The position numbers and the translations under genes are program-made. A stretch of DNA of 38,702 bases from a virus (Duplodnaviria > Caudoviricetes), in the IMG/VR virus record IMGVR_UViG_3300036982_000387, positions 1 through 38,702 of that record. The stretch is one strand, 5' to 3'. The notes under the pieces were generated by a model. That model was not told the origin of the DNA. It searched no databases and saw only the letters and a list, made by a program, of their open reading frames with translations. This document shows, one piece after another, positions 8,299 through 18,521 of the stretch (position 1 is the first letter of the stretch; the number at the start of each line of letters is the position of its first letter).

Positions 8299-9544
8299 CG
8301 TTCCTCAAGCTGAGTTTTTATCATTACCTCATAAGTACCGCGCACTTGTTGCAGGCTTCGGCACAGGTAAAACTTGGGGAGGATGCGCAAGCCTTTGTAA
8401 GCACGTCCTAGAGTGGCCAAAAATCAATAGCGCTTATTACGCTCCTACCTATTCCCATATTCGCGATATTTTCTACCCAACGATAGAAGAGGTTGCGGAA
8501 GATTGGGGCTTGCGCGTTAAAATTCGCAGTTCTGACAAAGAAGTCGATTGGTATATCGGTGAAGTTTACCGGTCAACGACTAAATGCCGCTCAATGGACA
8601 ACCCAAACTCAATTATTGGATATAAGTCAGGCCACTCGCTGATAGATGAGTTTGATACCCTGCCAACGGACAAAGCGCTCAAGGCATGGCGTAAGATCAT
8701 TGCGAGGATGCGATACAGAGTAGCCGGATTGCGCAATGGTGTGGACGTTGCCACAACTCCTGAAGGGTTCAAGGCCACTTATCAGCTATTTGTCGAGCAA
8801 TTAGAAAAAGACCCGTCACTATCAAGTGTTTATGGATTAATCCATGCCAGCACCTACGACAATGAGTTAAACCTGCCGGACGATTACATCGACAGTCTAA
8901 TCAGCAGCTACCCGCAAGAGCTTAGAGACGCTTATCTAAACGGGCAATTCACAAACCTAACGAGCGGCACCGTTTACCGCAATTACAGCCGCAAGACATG
9001 TGCAAGCAATGAAGTTGAGGACGGTAAAGAGCCGCTATTTATTGGCATGGACTTCAACGTGGAAAACATGGCCGCGACTGTATACGTCAAGCGGGATAAG
9101 GTTTGGCACGCGGTAGACGAGTTCAGCGACTACTTGGACACGCCCGACATGGTGCGCGCAATTGACTTGAGATACGGCGGGCGCAAGATATACATCTATC
9201 CTGATGCCAGCGGCAAGAATCGTAAAAGCACTGGGGCGAATACATCAGATATAGCCATTTTGAAGCGGGCTGGTTTTACAGTTAGGGCTACAGAGTCAAA
9301 CCCGCCTGTTCGCGACAGAATCAATGCGACAAACAAAGCCTTTGCGGATGGGCTGGTAAAAGTCAATCACGCAAAATGCCCAAAAACTGCCAAGTGCTTA
9401 GAGCAGCAAGCGTATAATAAAAACGGTGAGCCGGATAAGTCTGGCGGGCAAGATCACCAAAACGATGCAACTACCTACCCTATAGTTTTTGAAATGCCGA
9501 TAACCAAGCCCTACAGCGCAGGCGCAAAAGTGAGGATGTTCTAA
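8285..9544 (+). CDS. terL: terminase large subunit
   Basis: Walker A AGFGTGKT, Walker B LIDEFD, TTPEG coupling motif, nuclease IGMDFN and DHQNDA. Confidence 0.95.
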   Translation: MPKLNVPQAEFLSLPHKYRALVAGFGTGKTWGGCASLCKHVLEWPKINSAYYAPTYSHIRDIFYPTIEEVAEDWGLRVKIRSSDKEVDWYIGEVYRSTTKCRSMDNPNSIIGYKSGHSLIDEFDTLPTDKALKAWRKIIARMRYRVAGLRNGVDVATTPEGFKATYQLFVEQLEKDPSLSSVYGLIHASTYDNELNLPDDYIDSLISSYPQELRDAYLNGQFTNLTSGTVYRNYSRKTCASNEVEDGKEPLFIGMDFNVENMAATVYVKRDKVWHAVDEFSDYLDTPDMVRAIDLRYGGRKIYIYPDASGKNRKSTGANTSDIAILKRAGFTVRATESNPPVRDRINATNKAFADGLVKVNHAKCPKTAKCLEQQAYNKNGEPDKSGGQDHQNDATTYPIVFEMPITKPYSAGAKVRMF

Positions 9545-10776
9545 TGATTTCACAATTTGAAGAAGCAATGCGTCATGAGACTTACATTCAGCGGCTTGCA
9601 AGCGGCATATCAAACGCGCGCATTGATCCGGCCTTTATTGATATTAACGCGCTGGTATTGAGGTATTTGGATGACTACTCGGTCGATATGTCTCAACGTG
9701 ATTTTAACGCACTAAGGAAAGAGATTGCGGCGGCTATCGAGAAAAAGCTCACTCCCATGTGGGATAAAATAACGGCAGATTTGGGTGAGATGGCAGACTA
9801 TGAGGCGAGCTATCAATCGAACACTATCGCGGCGATTGCAGATATTGAGGCGGCGGCAATTAGCGCGGCGGCTATCGAGGCTAAAATAAATCGGCCTTTG
9901 GTATTGGGTCAAGGGTCTAGTGCTACTGTAGGTCTATGGCCTGAATATGTTGCGGGGAATAAATTAGGGCTTTATGATTTGGTCGATAAACAGATCAGAA
10001 TTGGAAGAGTCGAAGGCTTAACGCGTGAGCAAGTCGTAAAGAATATTGTTGGCACAAAAAAAGCAGGATATTCAGACGGGCTAATAACGGACAAGTGCAG
10101 GCGGTGGGCGCAAACATTAGTGCAAACTGGCGCGAGTCACTATGCGAATGCGGCTAGAGATGCGGCCGCAGATACTTTTGGCGATTCAATCGAGGGAAAG
10201 GTTTTTAGTAATGTTTTCGACAACAGAACTACGCCGCAGTGCCTCCACCACGGCCAAGAGGCGCACGCTGGCAAGGTTTACGCACGCAATGACCCAAAAG
10301 CCCCGCGCATTCCTTTGCATATGCGGTGTCGTTCGCTTTGGATTATGAAGATAAAAGGCGTTGATCCGTTCGGTGGTACTCGTGCAAGCGTTGGAGGCAA
10401 TCGAGGAGCAGAAGCGGCCAATGAATTTGATTCGCGCAACACTAAATTGGCAAAGCAAAGGGCTGATAGAGCGGCAAAGCGCGCGGAAGGCTTGGAAACA
10501 CCTGAAACCGCGAGCAAGGTGAGATACAAGGGCAAGAAGGACGCTGGGATATTTGAGCCAGGCCAAATTGAAGCCGACATAAGCCCGCAAAAGTTCTTTG
10601 AGCGTCAGCCGGATTGGTGGATTAAGTCAAACCTTGGAGCCACACGTGCCAAACTGTTCCGCGAAGGCGGCCTAACTATCGACAAGTTCACGGATAAGGA
10701 TGGAAATTTTTTGACGCTAAAGCAAATGCGCGAGCTTGACGAGTACAGCCCGTACTTTAAAAAGGCTGGATTGTGA
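9544..10776 (+). CDS. head morphogenesis protein (SPP1 gp7/Mu gpF-like)
   Basis: FDNRTTPQC...IPLHMRCRS motif and C-terminal LGATRAKLFREGGL...LTLKQM. Confidence 0.85.
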   Translation: MISQFEEAMRHETYIQRLASGISNARIDPAFIDINALVLRYLDDYSVDMSQRDFNALRKEIAAAIEKKLTPMWDKITADLGEMADYEASYQSNTIAAIADIEAAAISAAAIEAKINRPLVLGQGSSATVGLWPEYVAGNKLGLYDLVDKQIRIGRVEGLTREQVVKNIVGTKKAGYSDGLITDKCRRWAQTLVQTGASHYANAARDAAADTFGDSIEGKVFSNVFDNRTTPQCLHHGQEAHAGKVYARNDPKAPRIPLHMRCRSLWIMKIKGVDPFGGTRASVGGNRGAEAANEFDSRNTKLAKQRADRAAKRAEGLETPETASKVRYKGKKDAGIFEPGQIEADISPQKFFERQPDWWIKSNLGATRAKLFREGGLTIDKFTDKDGNFLTLKQMRELDEYSPYFKKAGL

Positions 10777-10857
10777 AATAGTCAACACTAAACCGTGTAA
10801 AGTTGCGCAATGTTTTGTTAGGGTTTAGAATAATGAAAAATCTTGTAGGGTTTACGA

Positions 10858-12348
10858 ATGTCGTTTATTGAGAATAGTTTATGGTATGACCAAGACGCGC
10901 CAGATGTTGCGCTGGTTCGCCACGCTATCGAAGGGCAAGCGGCAATCAAGCGCCAAAGAACGACATACCTCCCCCACCCCTCAATGGTCGACAACACCAG
11001 CAAAGAGCAGCGGGCGCGTTATGACGCGTACCTTGGTCGCGCTGAGTTTGATAGTTCGTGTGGTCAAACCAAGACCGAGCTGGTCGGGGCATTCACCCGT
11101 GCAGCCCATGAGATTAACCTGCCTGCAAATATCAAATACTTAGAAGTCGATTCCGATGGCGACTGGCTGTCATTGTCCGACTCTATGAATGTGACCTTTG
11201 CGAATATCCTCGCAGTCAAGTATCACATTCTGCTAGCTGAATTTGAAGATGGCGGTGTCGATCCATCCGTACAGATCAGCAAGGCGCAGAAAGCTCAACT
11301 AAATCAGCGCTCAAAGATCGTTCACTACCCGCGCGAGAGCTTGACAAATTGGGCCTTCGGCGTGGTTAATAATCGGATGCAGCTAACTCACGTTGTTTTA
11401 ACGTCTGAAAGTTCAGAGCTTAATTCTGAGTTTGTTTCCGTTAAGACCAAAAAACAGCTATTGCTAAACCTTGATGAAAACGGCGAATACCGCCAGCGCT
11501 TAATCGTTAGCGATGGCGAGAACACAACCGAGGGCGAATGGATTTATCCTAGTGCAAGCGGAAAAAGGCTGAAATATATCCCGATTGAAGTGGTGCAAGA
11601 TGAGCGCAGTTATTCGGGTTCATTACCTCGCGCAACTGGTTATCTAGGATCTATCGCGCTGAAAGACGTTGCACGCTATCAGGTAAACGCAGATTTAAAA
11701 GAGAAGCTAGCGGTGTTGCAAGACACTATCAATTCGACTGGATGGACTGATTCGCTTTGGGAAGAGTACAAGCTGATTAATGGGCGCGATTATGTTGCTA
11801 CTGGCCTGGGGGTTTCTAATCAGTTCCCCGATGGCGTTGCCGTTGACGTGATGAAAATGCAAGCTGATGGCGATGCGCATTTTAAATACATTGCAGAAAA
11901 CGAGAAGCAAACCCGCGCACTTGGCGGAAGATACGAAACAGAGCCAGACGACACCAATACCGCAACTGAGTCTGTAATTAAATCAGCAAAAGAAAACTCA
12001 GTTTTAAGCATGATTGCTGTGAATATTGAAGGTGCTTATCGCCGTCTAGCTGCTTATTGCAGCGACTTTGAGGGCGTTTATATTGAGCCTGATAAAATAG
12101 AGATTACAGCAAACCGCCAATTCAGCGCTACTAAAATGCAGCCAGAAGAAGCGGACAGAATTCTAAGTATTTACGATCACTCTTTAATGTCAAAAGCTAC
12201 AGCGCTTAAAAAGTTACGCGCTGGTGGTTATGGTGATGATGAAATCACTATTGAAGCAGAATTGAATTTAATCGACGAAGAGGCTCCACCGCCTCTATTG
12301 TCAAAAGCGGGCGGTGCCCAAAACGCAGAAGCTGAGGTTCAGCCATGA
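10858..12348 (+). CDS. portal protein (DUF4055-like)
   Basis: 496 aa; YLPHP...RYDAYLGRA N-terminus; lies before scaffold and capsid genes. Confidence 0.85.
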   Translation: MSFIENSLWYDQDAPDVALVRHAIEGQAAIKRQRTTYLPHPSMVDNTSKEQRARYDAYLGRAEFDSSCGQTKTELVGAFTRAAHEINLPANIKYLEVDSDGDWLSLSDSMNVTFANILAVKYHILLAEFEDGGVDPSVQISKAQKAQLNQRSKIVHYPRESLTNWAFGVVNNRMQLTHVVLTSESSELNSEFVSVKTKKQLLLNLDENGEYRQRLIVSDGENTTEGEWIYPSASGKRLKYIPIEVVQDERSYSGSLPRATGYLGSIALKDVARYQVNADLKEKLAVLQDTINSTGWTDSLWEEYKLINGRDYVATGLGVSNQFPDGVAVDVMKMQADGDAHFKYIAENEKQTRALGGRYETEPDDTNTATESVIKSAKENSVLSMIAVNIEGAYRRLAAYCSDFEGVYIEPDKIEITANRQFSATKMQPEEADRILSIYDHSLMSKATALKKLRAGGYGDDEITIEAELNLIDEEAPPPLLSKAGGAQNAEAEVQP

Positions 12349-13001
12349 TTGAAGTAGATGATATTAACGAAGTTCCTGAAAAATACCGTGACCAATATGC
12401 CGAAGTAAAAGAAGGCGAAAAAACTATTTGGAGAAACAAAGGTTTTGTAACTCTGAAAGAAGTAGCCGAAAAATACAAAGGCCGTGCGGCTGAATTGGAT
12501 AATTTACAACGTGATTTATCCGAGAAGCACACGAAAGCCGAAGCGGATCGAATTAAGGCTTTGAAGGAAAAGGGCGATTTTGAAGAGCTTTATAAAGTTG
12601 AATCTACTAAAAACGCTGAAACTTTGGAGCGTTTACGCAAAAAAGATGAGGCACTAAGCAACAAGGCCAAGCAATCGTTTATCAATGGCGTTAGTGATAT
12701 TTTTACGGATGCAGGCCGCGAGACTGCCAAGCGACTATTGGGCGGCATGGTTGGTTTTGATGTCGAATCTGAGAAATACACTTTTGTCGATGACGCTGGA
12801 AACTCGCTTAGCGTTGACGAAAAAGGCTTTAAAAGTTACGTGGAAAACAGCCCGCTATTTGCCCCTCTTGTCGCCGCTAAAAGCTCGGTGGGCGGAAAAG
12901 GCTCAAATTCTTTGGGTGGCGGTGGCGGCGAAGTGAAAACAAATTTAGGCGGTAGCAAGTTAGAACGAACGGCTGCTATCGCAAAACGATTTAATTTATA
13001 A
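12345..13001 (+). CDS. capsid scaffolding protein
   Basis: Charged coiled coil with a Gly-rich C-terminus, between portal and capsid genes. Confidence 0.75.
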   Translation: MIEVDDINEVPEKYRDQYAEVKEGEKTIWRNKGFVTLKEVAEKYKGRAAELDNLQRDLSEKHTKAEADRIKALKEKGDFEELYKVESTKNAETLERLRKKDEALSNKAKQSFINGVSDIFTDAGRETAKRLLGGMVGFDVESEKYTFVDDAGNSLSVDEKGFKSYVENSPLFAPLVAAKSSVGGKGSNSLGGGGGEVKTNLGGSKLERTAAIAKRFNL

Positions 13002-13017
13002 ATAAAGAGGATTTACC

Positions 13018-13986
13018 ATGTCATTATCTCAAATGCAGGTTTTTAACGAATACATCATGCCAGCGACTATCGAAACATTGTCGCAAAAGGTGGAGAAGTT
13101 TAACCAAGCCAGCAATGGCGCAATCCGTTTAACCACAAAAGGTTTTGACGGTGATTTCTTGCAAGAGTCTTTTTTTGCAGGTATTAGCTCAGCTCAACGC
13201 CGTGTAGATCGTTACGCAGCTCAGGCAGCGGCTACCGCTACCGACCTAACTCAATTAAAAATGAGCGGCGTTAAAGTTGCCGGTGGATTTGGCCCCATTC
13301 GTTTTGAACCAAGTCAATTAACTTGGCTACAAAAGCCTACCGCTGAGGGTATCGAAGTTGCTTCAAGAAATTTTGCCGAAGCCCTAATGTCTGACCAGCT
13401 TAATACTGTGATAGCTGCTTTGGTTGCGGCGATTGGCAACCAAGCAACAGCCACCAATGATATTTCTGGTTCTGCTGGTCTTTCATACACTGCAATGAAT
13501 ACCGCGCACGCGAAGTTTGGGGATCATTCTGGCAATTTGGTTGCGTCTGTTATGCGCGGCTTTGATTATCACAAACTGGTTGCTGCAAACTTGGCAAACA
13601 CTCCAACATTGTTCCAAGCGCAAAACGTTCTTGTTATCGATATTCTTGGCAAGCCCGTTATTGTTACTGATGCGCCTGCCCTGTACTTGGCTGGCACACC
13701 GAACAAAGGCCGTGTATTGAGCTTGGCGGAAGGCGCTGGTACTGTTTACGATACTGCCGATATTATCAGCAATATCCAAACCAACAACGGCCAAACCCGC
13801 ATTGAGACCACAATGCAAGTAGATTACACCTTTGGCGTGAGCTTGAAGGGCTACACATGGGATGAAACCAACGGCGGCAAGTCACCAACTGATGCAGAAT
13901 TGGCGACAGGCACCAACTGGGATAAAGTAGCAACCAGCATTAAGCACACCGCTGGCGTGATTACTGTATTTAACGCAGACCTGTAA
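13018..13986 (+). CDS. major capsid protein
   Basis: Strong RBS GAGG; FNQASNGAIRL...KGYTWDETNGGKSPTDAELATGTNWDKVATSIKHTAGV family signature. Confidence 0.9.
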   Translation: MSLSQMQVFNEYIMPATIETLSQKVEKFNQASNGAIRLTTKGFDGDFLQESFFAGISSAQRRVDRYAAQAAATATDLTQLKMSGVKVAGGFGPIRFEPSQLTWLQKPTAEGIEVASRNFAEALMSDQLNTVIAALVAAIGNQATATNDISGSAGLSYTAMNTAHAKFGDHSGNLVASVMRGFDYHKLVAANLANTPTLFQAQNVLVIDILGKPVIVTDAPALYLAGTPNKGRVLSLAEGAGTVYDTADIISNIQTNNGQTRIETTMQVDYTFGVSLKGYTWDETNGGKSPTDAELATGTNWDKVATSIKHTAGVITVFNADL

Positions 13987-13996
13987 GGGGTAATTT

Positions 13997-14140
13997 ATGG
14001 CTAGTGAAAAAATCAAATACTTGGAGCATCCAGTGGATGCTGAAACAAAGAAAGAATGGTGCGAAAAAGGATATAAAATTATCGATGCCGTTTTTGAGCC
14101 AAAAGCTGATAAGGCTGAAAAGCCAAAAGCTGATAAGTAA
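13997..14140 (+). CDS. small capsid-associated protein (47 aa)
   Basis: Hand-translated MASEKIKYLEHPV...GYKIIDAVFEP; RBS GGGG; ends just before the terminator. Confidence 0.65.
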   Translation: MASEKIKYLEHPVDAETKKEWCEKGYKIIDAVFEPKADKAEKPKADK

Positions 14141-14146
14141 AAGTTT

Positions 14147-14168
14147 CGGGGGTTCGCCCCCGTTATTT
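14147..14168 (+). terminator. rho-independent terminator after the capsid genes
   Basis: CGGGGG-TTCG-CCCCCG followed by TTATTT. Confidence 0.8.
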
Positions 14169-14216
14169 CAAAGCGCCTTCTTTGAGGGCTTTTTGCAATA
14201 ACTCAGAGGATTTAGC

Positions 14217-14525
14217 GTGATAAATATAAACCACAAGCGCGGTGATACTTTTGAGTTATCTTGCTCTGTTCCGCTTGCGTTTGGCCAAAGCCTTACATCT
14301 ACAACTTGCCAAGTTAGACACAATGGCGATCTGATAACGAATCTAACATTTACCGCAGGAACAAACACTCCAACAGAGTACAAATATACTCTAAGCGCCA
14401 CCGCTGCCGTTACTGCGGCTTGGCCGTTGGCCGTTATGCTGATGGATATTCAATACACAATAGGCGCAAAAGTTGCCAGCACTGAAACGCTCAGCATTAC
14501 GGTTGTAGAGGATATTACTAGATGA
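14217..14525 (+). CDS. small beta-sandwich virion protein (fibre adaptor-like)
   Basis: HKRGDTF...QVR...T..WP....MDIQYT pattern typical of BppU-N-like domains preceding fibres. Confidence 0.6.
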   Translation: MININHKRGDTFELSCSVPLAFGQSLTSTTCQVRHNGDLITNLTFTAGTNTPTEYKYTLSATAAVTAAWPLAVMLMDIQYTIGAKVASTETLSITVVEDITR

Positions 14526-15832
14526 GTATCGTCACCACTGTAGAAGTAATGAGCAATACCATTTTAGGCTCTCAGTCTTTTACTATTACCACAGTCAATA
14601 CTGGCTTTACTTTTGTAGAGGGTGGTGGCGTATCTGACCACGGGACGCAAACCGGCCTTGATGACGATGACCACTTGCAGTACCACAACGACACACGCGG
14701 CGATGTTCGTTACTATACCAAGTCGCAGGCAGATACCCTGCTAGATGGCAAGTTCGACAACCCCACCGGAGATTCAACTCAGTACTTAGATGGATCGGGA
14801 ACCCCAGTTGCGTTTCCCGTTGCCGGTCAAGCTGGTACATTGGTGCGTCAAGTACGCAATGAAACAGGGTCAACAATTACAAAGGGAACGGTTGTTTATA
14901 TATCCGGTGCTGCTGGTAATAAACCTACAATAAGTAAGGCGATTGCTACAGCCGATGCCACAAGCGCGCAGACTTTCGGTTTAATCCAAGCGGACATCAA
15001 CAACAACCAGAACGGGTACGCGGTGGTACGCGGTGACTTAGTGGGTATCGATACAAGTGCGTTCACCGCTGGTGCGCAGTTGTACTTGAGCGGTAGCGTC
15101 GCAGGAAGTTACACAGCAACAAAGCAAGTTGCGCCTATTCATATGGTGTATGTCGGGGTGGTAACTCGATCTCATGCGACTCAGGGTCAGATCGAGGTAG
15201 CAGTTCAGAATGGTTACGAGCTTGATGAAATTCACGATTGTTTAATTGTATCTAAAACTAATAAAGATGTTTTATCATATGACTCAGCAAGTGGGTTGTG
15301 GAAGAACAAACAACTCGCACCAAGTGACATAACCGGTCTAGGTACACTCGCCACTCAATCAGGTACATTCTCAGGTACAACTTCAGGTACTAACACCGGT
15401 GATCAGAACCTATTCAGCACGATTGCTATATCTGGTCAATCTAATGTTGTGGCGGATTCTGCTACAGACACGCTCACGCTGGTTGCGGGCACCAATGTTA
15501 CAATCACCACTGATGCTGGTACTGACACCATCACGATCAATGCGTCAGGTGGGGGCGGGGGTAGCGGTAACAGTATTACTACTATCGTAAGTTTTGGCGC
15601 ATCATTCACAGATTCAGCGTCAACCGTTGTCACGGGTCAATCGTGGGTTGCGGTTGGTAGCGAGATTACTGCACAGGTGGTGTGTGATTCAGGCGTTGAT
15701 CCGCTAGAGATCGCACTACTAGATTTTAAGATTGTGATTAGTAATTTGGTGGCAGGCGTTGGGTTTACCGTGACGCTCTACTCAATGCCGCAAGCTCGCG
15801 GCGATTATTCAGTTATGTGTATAGGGGTTTAA
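14522..15832 (+). CDS. fibre-like virion protein
   Basis: Gly/Thr/Ser-rich; DDDHLQY motif, VRNETGSTITKGTVVYISG domain, VLSYDSASGLWKN repeat unit. Confidence 0.7.
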   Translation: MSIVTTVEVMSNTILGSQSFTITTVNTGFTFVEGGGVSDHGTQTGLDDDDHLQYHNDTRGDVRYYTKSQADTLLDGKFDNPTGDSTQYLDGSGTPVAFPVAGQAGTLVRQVRNETGSTITKGTVVYISGAAGNKPTISKAIATADATSAQTFGLIQADINNNQNGYAVVRGDLVGIDTSAFTAGAQLYLSGSVAGSYTATKQVAPIHMVYVGVVTRSHATQGQIEVAVQNGYELDEIHDCLIVSKTNKDVLSYDSASGLWKNKQLAPSDITGLGTLATQSGTFSGTTSGTNTGDQNLFSTIAISGQSNVVADSATDTLTLVAGTNVTITTDAGTDTITINASGGGGGSGNSITTIVSFGASFTDSASTVVTGQSWVAVGSEITAQVVCDSGVDPLEIALLDFKIVISNLVAGVGFTVTLYSMPQARGDYSVMCIGV

Positions 15833-15833
15833 T

Positions 15834-17315
15834 ATGGCCGGTGTAGGAATTAATTTGGTTGGTGACGCTGCCCTGATGGGTGGTGATGGGTTTGGTAATA
15901 CTAAGGTAACGCTACCGCTTGATTATCAACAATCAGGCTATGGCCGAGTGCTTGCTGAAAATGACAGTGGCGCAATAACTGGTGTGTCTGATGTAACCTC
16001 GACCGAGAATGACATAGATTATCGTCAGCGTACCGCGCCCGATTTAATCCTTGATGAGTGCGTATTCAACTACACAGCTCAAGATACAGGGAAACACTTC
16101 TACAATAACACTACAATGACTGCAACGTGGACAGCGGGGCAGTTGACAACCAACGGTGCCTCAATCACCACTGCCAATACGGGTGCTCAGGTTGTTACCT
16201 ACGCCACTTTCCCCAACACTGGAACACAAACCCTCAGCGCTGATTTTGAGGTCGCATTCAGTGCGCAACCAACTACCAACTCATTCATCGAATTTGGTCT
16301 TGGTTTAGCGGGTGCAGGAGTAACTGCACCTACTGATGGTGTATTCTTTCGTTTGAGTAGTGCTGGATTACAGCTAGTTACTTCAAACAATGGTACTGAA
16401 ACTGTTATTCCTGCACCCTTAGCAGATGGTGCTGGTGTGTGGGCGTACACGAACAACAAACGTTACCAGTTCATTGCATACATGGGCGGTGTTCTGGCTA
16501 AGTTTTGGGTGAATGATGGTGTAAGTACCTATTTGCTGGGATCGATTCCACTCCCCGCAGGTCAGGGTCGCATTTGTATGGCGCGCGGTGTTCAATTATT
16601 CATGAAGCAACGTATCGTTGGTGGCGCGGCTTCTGGCGTATTACAAGCGTATTTCGGTGCGTATAACGTGCGACTTGGTGGTTCCAACTTAACATCATGT
16701 ATAAGTACACAGGGCAACCGAATCGAGGGCAGCTATCAAGGTTTCGGTGGTGGCACACTAGGGTCGCTTGCTCGCATTGGTACAATCACCACAGGCAACG
16801 AGGCTAACGTAACGGCAGCGGTTCCCACCACTACTACGGCTGCACTAGGTAGTGGTTTAGGTGGTGCATTTTGGGAAACGGTATCACTCGCCGCAAACAC
16901 CGATGGTATAATCCAAAGCTATCAGGTGCCAGCATTATCGGTGAACGTAGCGGGTCGCCGCCTATGTGTGCGCGGTGTATTCCTGAATAGTTACGTTCAA
17001 ACAGTAGTAGTAGGTGGCCCATACATTGCCGAATGGTTTTTAGCATTTGGCCACACGAATGTTTCTCTAGCTACAACTGAGGCCGCAGCAGCTAAAGCAC
17101 CTAGGCGTATTGTGTTACCATTCGTGCAGGCTGTAACCGCTGCTCAAGCAGTAGGTACTCTAGTCTCACAAAACGGAACTTTCTGCGATTTTGGCGATGC
17201 ACCTATATTCGTAAACCCCGGTGAATTTATCCAACTCTGCACTCGCCACATTGGTACACCAGGCTCAACTGGTACGGTAGTTCACCGAGTAACTTATGTT
17301 TACGGATGGGAATAA
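15834..17315 (+). CDS. beta-rich virion protein (putative lectin/receptor-binding)
   Basis: 493 aa, Gly/Thr/Ala-rich with aromatic beta-strand patterns. Confidence 0.6.
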   Translation: MAGVGINLVGDAALMGGDGFGNTKVTLPLDYQQSGYGRVLAENDSGAITGVSDVTSTENDIDYRQRTAPDLILDECVFNYTAQDTGKHFYNNTTMTATWTAGQLTTNGASITTANTGAQVVTYATFPNTGTQTLSADFEVAFSAQPTTNSFIEFGLGLAGAGVTAPTDGVFFRLSSAGLQLVTSNNGTETVIPAPLADGAGVWAYTNNKRYQFIAYMGGVLAKFWVNDGVSTYLLGSIPLPAGQGRICMARGVQLFMKQRIVGGAASGVLQAYFGAYNVRLGGSNLTSCISTQGNRIEGSYQGFGGGTLGSLARIGTITTGNEANVTAAVPTTTTAALGSGLGGAFWETVSLAANTDGIIQSYQVPALSVNVAGRRLCVRGVFLNSYVQTVVVGGPYIAEWFLAFGHTNVSLATTEAAAAKAPRRIVLPFVQAVTAAQAVGTLVSQNGTFCDFGDAPIFVNPGEFIQLCTRHIGTPGSTGTVVHRVTYVYGWE

Positions 17316-17809
17316 TGGCAATAATCATAGAAGACGGCACAGGTTTATCAAACGCGCAGGCGTATTGCGATTATTCGTACTTTAATAACTATGTCACCAT
17401 GCGCGGGATAACGCATTCTTTTAGCCGGCCAGCAATTGAGGCTGCATTAGTGGTATCTGCTATCGATTGGGTAGACGGCGAACATGAATATGCAAACGAA
17501 AAATTAAAAGATACGCAGTCGCTAAAATTCCCGCGTACTGTGTTTGGGTTGCCTGTGAACATCAAAGAGGCAAACGCGCAGGCCGCTTGGTTGCATCTTA
17601 ATAAGCAGTTGTTCCCAGACTTATCAAAAATTAGCACCTATGGCGATATTGAAAGCGAATCAAAACAGCTTGCAGTTATGTCAAAATCAGTTACTTACGC
17701 AAAAGGCACAAGTCAAAAGTATTCGCGTGTTTTACCAAAGGGATTGAGAATGCTTCTCGCTCCTTATTTGTCGTTTTCCGGCGGTGCAACAGTTAGGCGG
17801 GTTTTATGA
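17315..17809 (+). CDS. head-tail adaptor
   Basis: IIEDGTGLSNAQAYC...QSLKFPR...LLAPYL motif. Confidence 0.75.
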   Translation: MAIIIEDGTGLSNAQAYCDYSYFNNYVTMRGITHSFSRPAIEAALVVSAIDWVDGEHEYANEKLKDTQSLKFPRTVFGLPVNIKEANAQAAWLHLNKQLFPDLSKISTYGDIESESKQLAVMSKSVTYAKGTSQKYSRVLPKGLRMLLAPYLSFSGGATVRRVL

Positions 17810-18162
17810 GTACGATTCCACAAGAATTCATAGATTTAGCTGCCGAGCTATTTGAGGAGTTTGCGGCTTTTGCTGATGATTGCGTTTTGTTAAACGTGAC
17901 CGGATGGAATAACATTACGCAAACGGCAACAACCGAAACGCAAAATATCAAAGCGATACGCATTGATTATAAGGCGCGCGATATTAATGGCGAGAGCGTT
18001 CAAATTAATGATTACATGCTGATCGCTGAATTTACGCCAATCACGATACCGGTGCGCCCAGACTCGACCACATGCACGTTCAAAACTGAGAAATTGCAGA
18101 TTAAAAACGTCACTATTGATCCTGCCGGTGCAACGATTATTATGCAGGTGCGCAGACTATGA
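17806..18162 (+). CDS. head closure protein
   Basis: Size, synteny and C-terminal DPAGATIIMQVRR. Confidence 0.65.
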   Translation: MSTIPQEFIDLAAELFEEFAAFADDCVLLNVTGWNNITQTATTETQNIKAIRIDYKARDINGESVQINDYMLIAEFTPITIPVRPDSTTCTFKTEKLQIKNVTIDPAGATIIMQVRRL

Positions 18163-18521
18163 TTAGGATAATTGACAGCGAAAACTTGAGCGGGTTTCTC
18201 GATGAATTTGTGCTTGAAGAAACAAAAAAAACGGCTGTCTTTATTGATACCGCTTTAGTATTGCAAACGCCAAAAGACACAACACAGGCGGCTAGTTCGT
18301 GGAATGTTTCGCTTGTTGCTGCTGATAATTCAAAAGTAAATCATGGCTCACCAGCGGCGGCGATTAGCGATGGCGATGCGCAAATAAGAAGCGCGCAACC
18401 GTATAAAAGAATTATGATCCAAAACATGCAGCCCTACATTGGGCGATTGAATAACGGGTGGTCGCTACAAGCTCCAGCCGGATATGTTGATCGAATTATT
18501 TTACAGGCGGCGAATCGTTGA
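18159..18521 (+). CDS. HK97 gp10-like neck protein
   Basis: TPKDT...ASSWNVS...NMQPYIGRLNNGWSLQAPAGYV. Confidence 0.75.
   Translation: MIRIIDSENLSGFLDEFVLEETKKTAVFIDTALVLQTPKDTTQAASSWNVSLVAADNSKVNHGSPAAAISDGDAQIRSAQPYKRIMIQNMQPYIGRLNNGWSLQAPAGYVDRIILQAANR

Noticed and set aside
14004-14201. 65-aa ORF from the supplied track after the capsid gene
   Set aside because: It crosses the terminator; the 13997-14140 frame has an ATG, an RBS and a recognisable motif.
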